From positions 1 through 64,000 of the forward strand of contig KE561096.1 of the NCBI GenBank assembly GCA_000442015.1: a DNA stretch of 64,000 nt, in the 5' to 3' direction. A program made the position numbers and the translations under genes. The notes under the pieces are model-generated. The model was not told the DNA's origin and made no database searches. It worked only from the letters and a program-made list of their open reading frames with translations. Below are positions 1 to 10,639 of the stretch, in pieces (within the stretch, counting starts at the first letter, position 1; each line of letters opens with the position of its first letter). This stretch comes from Rozella allomycis CSF55. Its lineage: Eukaryota.

Positions 1-40
1 GATGCTTTGTGAAAAATCACGGACATATTTATTTTTTTAA

Positions 41-68
41 TGCGAGCGAAGCGAGTACAACCGCTAGT
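41..68 (+). mobile_element. Possible Helitron-like 3' terminus (subterminal hairpin + CTAG|T)
   Basis: TGCGAGC-GAA-GCGAGTA (41-57) can form a GAA-loop hairpin with tandem G.A pairs. CTAG follows at 64-67, then T, matching the Helitron 3' end layout. The element body would lie upstream of the window. Confidence 0.4.
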
Positions 69-307
69 GACATTATAAACTATGACAAGTCTCGCAGTGC
101 TCGTTAAATCGGACGGGGAGTTAATTAAGAAATAAAAACAAATTTCTTCACAATACAACTATTGTTTATGCTTTTATGAGTAATNATTTTATATTAAACC
201 CGAAACTTTGTAGTGTTGTTTCGTGGTTCTTGTTGGGCCTTCCCAAAAGGTGGGGGTCCGGCATATTCCTTTCTGCCCACCCTTCAGCAATATATGTGAG
301 AACAAAT

Positions 308-478
308 ATGATAAAATTTTTATTGAGATGTCCGTTAAATGTTAATAACTTGAAAATTCCAAAATGTATTAAAATAAGAGATGAAATATGTGATGTTTTG
401 AATTCGACCGTATGTTCATATTGTAAAGAGAAAGGTCATGTGTTGCAAGAATGTAAAAAAATTGGAGTACTGCAATGA
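308..478 (+). pseudogene. Short CCHC zinc-knuckle ORF, probably a retroelement gag/ORF1 remnant
   Basis: CSYCKEKGHVLQEC = CX2CX4HX4C at the end of a 56-aa ORF; no RT nearby. Confidence 0.4.
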
Positions 479-595
479 TTGTAAACGCGTTTTTCGCAAA
501 ACAAAAAAACATGAATTNTATTAATATAAATTAATAAAACATTTAACTTGAACAACTATGAAATTTGATACATTTATTTGTAATCTACTAATCTG

Positions 596-3500
596 TTAGA
601 TAGTGGAGGTAGTTCTAACAAGTTCAATCAAATTGTCATTCTTTTTGGGCAGACCACCGAGATAACCTTTGCTGAGAATGATTGAAAGAGGATACCCCAG
701 ATTTGTAGTTGTTTTCTGAACACTTCAAGAATAAAGTAGATTATTCCTATTCCAAAGGAGGCCAAGATGCAATAAATGCTTACATTGCCTGATCCTATTT
801 ATGTTTAGAGTTGTGAAGGAATACCTAGACCTTCTTGAACGCCGGGAGTCCAAATAATGAAGGAACCAATCAAAGCGCCTACTGGAATGAAATGATGATT
901 AAATACCTATAATGAGATGAAATGATTATTAAATACCTATAATGAGATGAAATGATGATTAAATACCTATTATCTCATAACAATTCTTTCTACTTACCTA
1001 TTATCTCACATTACTTGCTCAATTACCTATCTAAGTTTTATCTTTAATAGTTACCTATGTAAATCACCCATTAATAGTTACCTATGAGAATGCCGTATAG
1101 AGAATATTTATTTTTGAATATAGATTTGGTTAAAGGCAACTCGAATCTCTTTTTGCAGAGATAGAGAGTAAACCATTGCCCAATAATAATGGCAGCAAAG
1201 TAAGCCGCCTGACTTTTATTTAAAATTTGTTTTTGTTGGACTGCATTGAATGACTTTCCATTTGACGTTAGAACTGGAGAATCAGAGTTGAAGTATTTAG
1301 AGCCAAGACCAATGAGATTCCAAACATCTAAACCATCTAAATAGAGAGATAAAAGATAAGAAATGAAACAAGAAAGAGTGATGATTCCACCACCGAATAA
1401 ATAAGACCACAAAAGTAATTCATTGTCGACTAGAACTTCACCTGTTTCATTTCTTTTGAACATTTTGTGTAGAAATGATAATTTTTCAAAAGAAGAATTT
1501 GACATTTTCTCTGTGCATAAAACTTTTCTTGGTGGGAACAACATTAAATCTCCATCTGATGGTTCCCAAGCATAACTCAGTGCAGGCAGCAATTCAGTCC
1601 CTACTAAAGTAGGTATTATACTTGTTACCTAGATCTATAAATAATATTAAAACAGATGACAATGGCAAGGGTATTTGAAAGATAACAAAAAATAGAAAAG
1701 AAGCAGCTTCTGGGAATATATGAGTTAGAGTGTATTTGATAGATTTCTTTAGATTTGAAAATATTAATCTTCCTTGGGCAATGCCAACTACAATTGAAGG
1801 GAAATTATCATCTAACAGAATCATTGCTGCAGCTTCTTTAGAAACATCACTTCCTGTCATATTCATACTAATGCCTAAATCAGCCTTTTTCAACGCTGGG
1901 GCATCATTCACTCCATCTCCACTAACACCTACTATATGTCCTTTCAATACTTTTAAATTTATTTACCTTTTGCTTGACACTTCTCTACAATTAATAGTTT
2001 ATGATGTGGAGCTGTTCTTGCAAACACTATTTCCTTCTTTGATAGGATTATATCCCAATCATTGGCACTCAATGCATCTATTTTATCTCCATGAATCACA
2101 ACTGCATCATATTCACTTTCACTTATCAATTGAATTGGTTTCTTCAATCTATTAGCAGCCATTGCAGCTGTATCACCTTTACATTGCAACTAGTCAGAGT
2201 TTACCTTGTAAGAACTATTACTACTCTTTTACCTAGTAAGAGTTACTACTAATCTGTTACCTTGTAAGAGCCATTACTACTACTCTATTACCTTGTTATA
2301 CCCACTACAACTAGTTTANACCCACTACGACTAGTTTACCTTGTTATGCTCCTTAATATTCTTCTACCTTGTTATACCCACTACAACTAGTTTACCTTGT
2401 CAACGCCTTAATACGCTTATACCTGATAATAATCCAATCTTTCTTGCTATGGCTTCAGCTGTCAATGGATGATCACCTGTAACCATCACAACTTGAATCC
2501 CTCATCTCAAACAATCAAATAATCTACCCGCATTTCTACATGACGTAACTGCTTTTCTAACACCCTTCTTTGGTGGATCCATCAACGCTATCAATCCAAT
2601 AAACGTAAAATTATCAATTGGATAATTCGGTGGTTCATTCACAAACTTGAAATTAACTTCATTGTCTATCAAACATTCTGCAAACGCCAACACTCGTTGC
2701 CCTTGACTAGCAAATGTTTCATACGCTACATTAAACTGCTGTGTATGTTCATTGTTCCATTCTTCTATTTTATCATTTATTTTAATGTATTTGCATTTCT
2801 TTATTATTCTCTCGGGTGCTCCCTTTAAATAGACTGTCAGTTCTCCCTTGTCATGTTTTCTTTTGTGCACAGTCATATGCCATTTATTACTACTATTAAA
2901 CGGTATTTCAAACACCTTTATTATAGATAGTAGACTGCTTTACCTATATAGAGTCATTTAAACTTGTTTACCTATCTCAAGTTATTTAAACTTGTTTACC
3001 TTTATCAACACATTTAAACCTGTTTACCTTGGGGTGTTGACTTTGCAACTCTTCTACTTTCACATGACTCACTGCATATCTCATCAATCCAGTCTCCGTT
3101 GCATCTCCAATAATTCTTCTCTTTTCAATTGGACTAGAATCACTCTCATCAAACCTCGCTTTGGAACACAAACAACTAATTTCTGTCAACTCTTTCAAAT
3201 TGGGAACATTCAACTGAACACTCTTGCCATCCTCTTCATGATACTCCAACTCATTCACTTGATGCACACTCAAATTCAAATAACATCCAACAACACTCAT
3301 CTTATTCTGCGTCAACGTCCCTTTCTTTTCAAAATGATTTAAATTACCAGTCTTATCAGACGCCAACAATGTTATCCCTCCCAACGTCTCCACACCCTGC
3401 AAATCTTTAACAAGAACATTCATCTTGGACATCTTCTTGGCTGCTATAGTCAACAACAACGTAACTGTCGCCGGCAATCCCTGCGGCACAAACGCTACCA

Positions 3501-4585
3501 GAATGCCAATCGCAAACGCAAAGTTAGTTGAGATCGCTTTGGGATTAGTCGCCATCCCAATTATAAAGAATATTATCGCCAGTGTAATGGAAACACCAGC
3601 CATCTTCTTCACAAACAAATCAATTTCTCTAGACATCTGAGACGGCCTCTTCTCTTCCTTGCACGTCATTGACGCTATACTCCCCAACACAGTCGCATCT
3701 CCAGTTCTTATCACTACCCCATACCCCTCGCCATTCACAACCAACGTTCCAAAGAACATCAAGTTACTCGCTTCCAAATAATTGTTATTCCCCTTCAACA
3801 AACTTCTCTCTTGTGGCTCTGACTCTCCAGTCAGCGATGAATTATCAACCTTTCTTTCATTAAACATCATCTTACTTTAATCTCATTACACGATATCAAT
3901 CTAATATCAGCTGGCACCTTGTCTCCAATCTTAACAATCACTACATCCCCAGGCACCAGCGTCTCACTCGCAACCTCAACCATCTTCCCCTCCCTAATCA
4001 CCGTCGAATTACTAGGAATCATATTCTACATCAAACCCAACAAAAATCCCCACCAAAAATGACTCCAAAATACTCTGGCTCTTGTACTCTTGGAAAAACT
4101 CTATAAACGCATTCAACAAGGTCACAACAATCAACACAATCCCCAATATAATCTACCCACAACACAAAAATTTCTTACATTCTCCTGCCCTCCAACCAGA
4201 AAATACAACACAACACTCAATATCCCGGCCACCATCAGCAACACATTAAAAAGACCAGTCAGAAAATGCAGAAATCTCTTCAACAATGAATCCTTTTTAG
4301 GTGGCGTCAATGTGTTCCTGCCATACTGGACCAACAGCTCTTTCGCCTTGTCTTCAGTCAGCCCCTATCTCAATCGCAACACTTTTTTACCTAGATTACT
4401 GGCTAAATGATTAATTACTCTTGATCGAGTCACTGATTCTTCATCAACACTCGTTTGGAACCGATCAGCTACCTCTTTGATCGATAACATGTGTTCATCC
4501 TTTTATGCTTGTGTTGGTTAATTACTATGAAGGGCTTCTTGCTGGCACTCGTATCTGTGCGCTCTAATGGGATTGCTGGATCCAT
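596..4585 (-). CDS. P-type ATPase, P2C (Na+/K+ or H+/K+) alpha subunit; multi-exon
   Basis: [29 protein letters not shown] (split by intron 3321-3347), [41 protein letters not shown]. Start ATG at 4585 (MDPAIPLE); stop at 596-598 after a 29-nt intron (667-695). Confidence 0.95.
879..1081 (-). other. Composite intron: 7 back-to-back GT-AG units
   Basis: Units 879-906, 907-936, 937-966, 967-997, 998-1026, 1027-1054, 1055-1081 (27-31 nt), each GTA...TAG on the - strand. Removal joins ILI-G|ALIGSF. Confidence 0.9.
2177..2422 (-). other. Composite intron: 8 (probably 9) back-to-back GT-AG units
   Basis: Units 2177-2204, 2205-2232, 2233-2260, 2261-2291, 2292-2339 (48 nt, contains N), 2340-2367, 2368-2395, 2396-2422. 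Removal joins IGLLS-G|DTAAM. Confidence 0.9.
2916..3027 (-). other. Composite intron: 4 back-to-back 28-nt GT-AG units
   Basis: 2916-2943, 2944-2971, 2972-2999, 3000-3027. Removal joins [12 protein letters not shown]. Confidence 0.92.
4365..4418 (-). other. Composite intron: 2 back-to-back GT-AG units (26 + 28 nt)
   Basis: 4365-4390 and 4391-4418. Removing both joins VTRSR|GLTEDKA; removing only one shifts the frame. Confidence 0.8.
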
Positions 4586-4814
4586 TGTTAATGTATTGCT
4601 ATGACAGGGGTCGGAAATGGATGGATGGCCTTTTAATGGGTCACAATAAGAGATAAGAAATTAAAAGTGGAAATTAAAATTAAATTCTGTGTTGTAATTA
4701 TGAAAACTTGGAAGGAAGTAAACGGACGACGCTAGTCTTTCAGCCTTAGTAATGCACGTCATTTAGTAATACTATGAAAAGAATAATAAAAAATTAAAAT
4801 ATTAATAATTTGTG

Positions 4815-6351
4815 CTAATTTAATTTCTTCACAACTATTGAATCGCCATAGTTTAAAATGCACTGTTCAATTGAATTTACACATACGTCGACAATACCTA
4901 CACATTTATCGCGGAATAAGAATTCCAAATTGCGATCAAGTATCATTAAAGAATCCTGACAGCAAACATAAATGTTTTCATTCTGCAATACCAAACTTTT
5001 GAATTTGTGATCCAAAGAGAAGCTCTTGTATTCATTAGGCTACAAATAAAAGCTTTATATATTACATCCAGTACATTTTGCTTGATTATCTCATAGGGAG
5101 TAACTATAATCACATGCTTCGATGAAAGGTAATGAATCGATATCGCGATTTTAAACACCTTGGACAATTTCGACTCGATTTGCTCTTTTCTAAAGAATAA
5201 TACTTACTTTTTACCTTGCAATTCATAAGAGAATATATGGCCACCGTCAGTAAGCGTATGAATGATGCTATTCGTTTCATTGAACGAAACCGAAAAGACT
5301 ATTTCGGATCGCGGAATCCTTTACTTTCTAAGTTGAGATTCGTATCGTGATTCTTGTAACAATCTTTTAGTTTATATTGTTTCCTTTTATTAACACGAAA
5401 TAGACATACACCAATTTGACTTGGTTTTCAACCACTTGACACAAGCAAATTTTCCCGCCTCTACACGCACTCAAGATCTTGATGAAAATGCCAATTAAAT
5501 CTTACTTGCGCACCATTCTTTAACCATGCAATCTAATAAAGCATAGTAATTGTCACTTACTTTGATAATCGGCGACTCGTGAGGAAATTCAAGGAATTGT
5601 TTTGACCAATAGTTTGCATTTGGGGCATTTTCTTCAAAGTTGCATAACACAAGATCACCTTTCACTCCTATGCATGATTAATACCTTGCTTGGATCCAAC
5701 AGCAACCTGATGGTGGTTTGTAGGATTTACTGCCATATTTAGAGCATCAATTTGAATCACTAATTGGCTTTTCAAAACTATAGTGTCTCCTCGTATCACG
5801 AAATAAAGGACTAGTCTGTATTGTCCCAAAACTGTTACTTTTTGACATGTTTGAACTTGAAGATTGGTTTGAAATCGCATAGAATTGATAGTTTCCGCAC
5901 CAGCAAATGTAATTTATATAATCTTGAGATTTATAAACCAAATCTTGGTCTTTATCTTCCATTTCTACCTTTCTTTCAGGGAATATCGCGTTAAAGTAGT
6001 CTTTAAATATCGCTTGTCATAATTACTTGAAAAATTCTCTTGTGTCTTTATATTGTCCAGTAATGCATCTGAAAACTTTGACTCTATTTTATCCAGAAAC
6101 TCAATCAAGCTTGATTCATTGTATTCTGCAAATGACAAGGAATCGTTTTGGGAAAATTGGACAGGATCGACTTGTATCTGTAATTATTTGAAATATCAAA
6201 GTACACCAATTGCGCATGGTTGTTCGACTTGGGTAGAATTAGTCGATTGTTTTAGCTCTTCACACTGAATGTATTTTTCCTGCGCATTGATTATACTTTT
6301 GCCATTAGATTTGCGCAATATATGAAAATCCGTCGAGAAGTCTTGAAACAT
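4815..6351 (-). CDS. Hypothetical multi-exon protein, possibly a degenerate WD40/beta-propeller
   Basis: Chain of - strand ORF fragments (5747-5962, 5668-5880, 4946-5167, 4815-5015) with short GT-AG introns; WD-like segment MAVNPTNHHQVAVGSKQG. Boundaries approximate. Confidence 0.45.
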
Positions 6352-6517
6352 TCCCTATTGGCCGAAGCCACCAATCTTCTATGTTCGCTATTATTCGATC
6401 AAGATAAAATGGGAAAAGTCATGCAAGAAATTAGTTTTATTTTGCCCTGATAAGAGCTTTCAGATCAGTGTGACTGCTCTTAATGTAGACATTGGTCAAA
6501 CCATTAACCAAGCCATC

Positions 6518-8632
6518 ATGAATGAAAAGGTTACTTTATCATATACTCTACCTCTACCAAATGAAACTTCATTTCCATGTCTATATAACAATGTTTTGAA
6601 AAAGGATCAGAGTGGAAATTTATGGTGTGGAAGTAGGGATGGAAATCTCTATAACTTGACACAGTAAACTTGCCGAATCTCCGTCATTAGAAATCACGTT
6701 TATTCAAAGCATTCAGAATGGATTAATGATTTTATATTCCTTGATGGGTCCAGTAAAATGGAATTATATTTCAAATTGAGATGTTATTTCATGTTCGTCT
6801 GATACAAGTGTTATAATTTGGAATATTGAAAACCAAACGCCATATGTGTTCTCCAAACATAAAGATTATGTGAAAACTCTGTGTGAATGGAATTCAAGTC
6901 AATTTGTATCCGGAGGATTGGACAAGTCTTGTATGTTGTGGGATGTGGAAACTGAAGATTCAATTATGGCTATTGTGGATACATGTATAACGACCAGTAG
7001 TGGGATATATGCCATGGCATCTTTACCTTTACAATCTTTGATAGCTGTTGGATGCAATACCGAAAATGTAAGCCGTGTATCTTTAACTAGTTGAGGTTAT
7101 TAAACTCTATGATGTCAGATCGGGAAAACATGAATCCAGTCTAAAGGGGCACTCGGATAATATAAAAGATATTTTGATAGTAGATGAATTGGTAAATTCC
7201 TTTGATGATCATTTAAAGATCTTTAGTGCCAGCGCAGATGGGACTATTAGGAAATGGTCTTTGAGTAATCATCGATGCATTGAAACATTTGATCATCACG
7301 AAGATTGTAGTGTTTGGAGATTGAAAGTAGATTCAAAAGGGAATATCTGGTCTAGTGATAGAAATGGTTCCATTTATAGTTTCAGCAGCGCCAATGATGC
7401 CAAACTTCGATTGGAATGTCCTGGAGGTGTTTTAGATGTAATTTTAATCTATTTAGAATAAAAGTTTCTCGTGGATGAAACCGATGGAAAACTTTTAGTT
7501 TCTTCAATGGATCCGGCTATTCGGGCTTACGTAAATTAAATAACAAATTCTTGAAAAGGATCTCGACACAAAAGAAAAGATTTTTGATTATCCAAGTACC
7601 AAAATTTACTATGAAAATAGAAAGGCACTCCAGGTATAACGAAATTCCGATTGCTGAACGATCGACAACACTTGGTGTCGCAAACTGTGGATAGAAAGAG
7701 TCAATACTGGGACATTTTAACAGGACAAGTTTTGCAAGTGAAAGAAAAAGACACAAATTTTGAAGAATATGTAGAGGAAAAACAGATGGACACTTGGTGC
7801 AATAATTGGTGTTCCATTGATATCCGTACAGGGGTAATTATATTGATCTATTATAATCTTTTAGAGATTAAGAATGAAATTAAAAGAAAATTTTTGTTTC
7901 TCATCAGATCTTTATCTTTCCGATGTGAAATATCCAAAGATGCCTGAAGACTCTGATTACCGTGGAAATATCGGTTTGATAATTATTCATTCGCTTCTTT
8001 CTAATTATGTTCAACCATTGAACGTAGAAAGCTCGCCTGCCACTCCTGGAAATTCCAACACTGATTATTTGAGCGACATTGATTATTCTTTTTTCAAACT
8101 ACCTTCATCAACCAAAGTTAGATTCGATTCTGAGCCCGATGGTTATTTAGCCACACATACCTTATATTCTTCTACGATATCCGAAATTTCAAATAGAAAA
8201 GATGATATTTCCCCGATCATGCCGCGATGGATTGAACACGCACTACTTTACGTAAGGGTCTTTATGGTATTTATTAGAATCAAATTCCAATCAAATCAAC
8301 TACCAAAATACCAGTTGAGTTGATCAACTTGACAAATAAAGCGGCAACTCCAGATTCCAATACCAATTTAACAATCCATCCCATGGTCCGTATTCGCAAA
8401 TTAGGAGAATTCTTAAAAAAGGAACTTTGCTTAAAGGAAAACGCAGATGTTAAGTTTTATTTAAATGACGTGGTAAGTTTTTTGATTTTTTTTCTAATAG
8501 CTATTAGATTCAAACATAAACATTGGCACACTGAAGATGATTAAATGGAAAAAGGGCGGAGATATCCCATTGGGATTTTATGTAACCGATCAAAAGAATG
8601 AAATTGATCAAGGGAATGATCACGAAAAATAA
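6518..8632 (+). CDS. WDR48: WD-repeat protein 48 / UAF1 (Duf1)-like deubiquitinase cofactor
   Basis: LSYTLP N-terminal motif, CGSRDG, KHKDYVKTL, SGGLD, GHSDNIK, WCSIDIRTG, NIGLIIIHSLL and C-terminal KWKKGGDI. Confidence 0.75.
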
Positions 8633-8767
8633 ATTATTCACCTACATCTTTTTTATGGGTTTCTTCTTCAAAGTGACACATGTTAGACACCCCGCGAAAA
8701 ATGTCATTTTGTAAATTTCACGAGTCGATTGTTGTAAAGTTTATATTTCGACCCTGGTTCTCAAACA

Positions 8768-9779
8768 ATGCAAGCGGAAGCACCTTCAAGTATGGAGGTG
8801 TTGTACCAACAGGTTCGTGAACATGTCAAAGAAATGAATGGTATTTGGGGAAACGGATTCGACAAATCCTGGAAAGTGGTTTTACTTCCTGATCGGTCCG
8901 ACCCAAGAAAGGAGCCACATGTAACTCTTGTAAGATGGATTAATTTAGAATATGCCGCCAATATTGAATGTCATCGATCTTATGAGAATGGATGAAGAGG
9001 TTGTTGACAAGTATCTTTCCTTGTATAAAGCCAAAGTACCAGAGCACATTAGTAGACATCAAAAATTGATTTTGCTGGCTAATGAGATTGGAGCCTGTGG
9101 TGCATCCTTTCTTTCTGATGTTAACCCAGTGTATCGCTTGTTTGCAATATCCAAAGAACTCTGTCAAGAAATTGTTGCAGAGCAGATTGATTATTTGCCA
9201 TTCTTGAAGTTATTTGCTCCTGATCGTATAGTCGAAGCTGTTCAGAAAAGACACGATCAAAAAAAGGGTTTATCTTCTAAACCACCCTCCAAACCTCCTT
9301 CCAACTATGGCGGTGACAGCAACAAACAAAGTGAAAAGCCAAGGAGAAAGTTCTTGTTTGAAAACGATCAAGAAGAAAACAGATCGAGGAAATCTAGCCA
9401 GGGATCATATGGAAATAGAGGCCAGGAGTTCGGTCAAGGTGACAGTAACAATGAAGGAAGGAGCTATGGAGGTTATTCAAATGGGAATGATTCAAGATCA
9501 TCAAGAAGAGCTTACAGTGTAGGATCTAAAAATAATGAATCTGCTCAAGGAACGTCGTGGAATAATGAACCTTCTCAAGGAACGTCGTGGAACAATGAAC
9601 CTGCTCAAAGCTCTTCATGGAACAATGAACCTTCTCAAAGTAATTCATGGAACAACGAATCTGCTCAAAGTCAGCCCCAACAAAATCAATCTAATCAACA
9701 AGAAGAATCTAGCGGTTGGGGAAAAGAAGATACGTCTGGTTGGCGCGTGTCTAATGAAGCTGATGATTGGGGTTCCTAA
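8768..9779 (+). CDS. Hypothetical protein with low-complexity Trp-repeat C-terminus
   Basis: Exons 8768-8920 and 8949-9779 joined by a 28-nt GT-AG intron; tail has SWNNE x4, SGWG, SGWR, DDWGS. Confidence 0.75.
9531..9671 (+). repeat. 30-nt coding tandem repeat (about 4.7 copies)
   Basis: aataatgaatctgctcaaggaacgtcgtgg-like units at 9531, 9561, 9591, 9621 and 9651 (partial). Confidence 0.9.
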
Positions 9780-9837
9780 ACAATTAAATAAAATACTGCA
9801 GTGATGAAACAATATTTATTTTGTCTACTTGATGTAT

Positions 9838-10475
9838 TTATTCAATAGACTTTCCTACTGATTCACTTTCTTGTGATATTCTCAAGTTCTCCATTAAATG
9901 TGATTCCAATGAAGCGTACAAGTGCGCTGGCGCTTTAAGTTTCTGCCACTCGGCCAGTTTCCCTCTACATTCTTCAAGTTCGATATCCTTCTTTTCTAGT
10001 TCCCCATCCTTCTTATCAACCCTTTCCTTTAATTCTTTAATCTCTTCCGTTTTCTTTTCCAACTCTTTACTAATCCTAGCAAGTTTTTCTTTCAATTCTT
10101 CAAGTTCACATTCCTTTTTATTCATCTCCCCCAATAGATTATGTTCATCAGATCTTTTGTTTTGCTCAGTTGACGTGGCAATTTTTCTTTCAGTGATTAA
10201 ATTTGAAATAGGTGATTCTCTTCTAGTCACCAAAACTAAGGGCATCGCTCCCCCATTTAGACGAGATAGTTGTTCTATTGTCGCATTTTTGGAATTTGGA
10301 TTAGGTACAATAGATACCTCATACTCGCTTGGACTCAGCTTGAATTTTCTTTGATAAATCTTGGAAAGAGATTTGACACAACATCTTGGACTTTTTCATT
10401 CTTTTTGATAATAAATTTGTGTGCAAGCGCTGGTTCTGAATAATAAAATACTATTCCAGTCTCCGTTTTAGTCAT
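9838..10475 (-). CDS. Hypothetical coiled-coil protein
   Basis: ORF 9838-10245 with an E/K/L heptad-rich stretch; an upstream ATG at 10475 can join via a 32-nt GT-AG intron. Confidence 0.55.
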
Positions 10476-10639
10476 CGTAAAGGTAAATAAGGTACGAAAA
10501 AATTAAGGTGGCGGTGTAAATTCCAGTTACAATACTAACCGGCATATATCTCTCTGTCAAAATATATTATACTGAATATAGCAATATTTGATGATTTTAT
10601 GAAATGTACTTTTTAGCTTGGCCAAGCCATCATCAAATC

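Noticed and set aside
879-3027. CRISPR-like look of the roughly 28-nt periodic repeats
   Set aside because: The constant part is only a splice junction (TACCT on the + strand), the arrays lie inside a eukaryotic gene's introns, and there are no cas genes.
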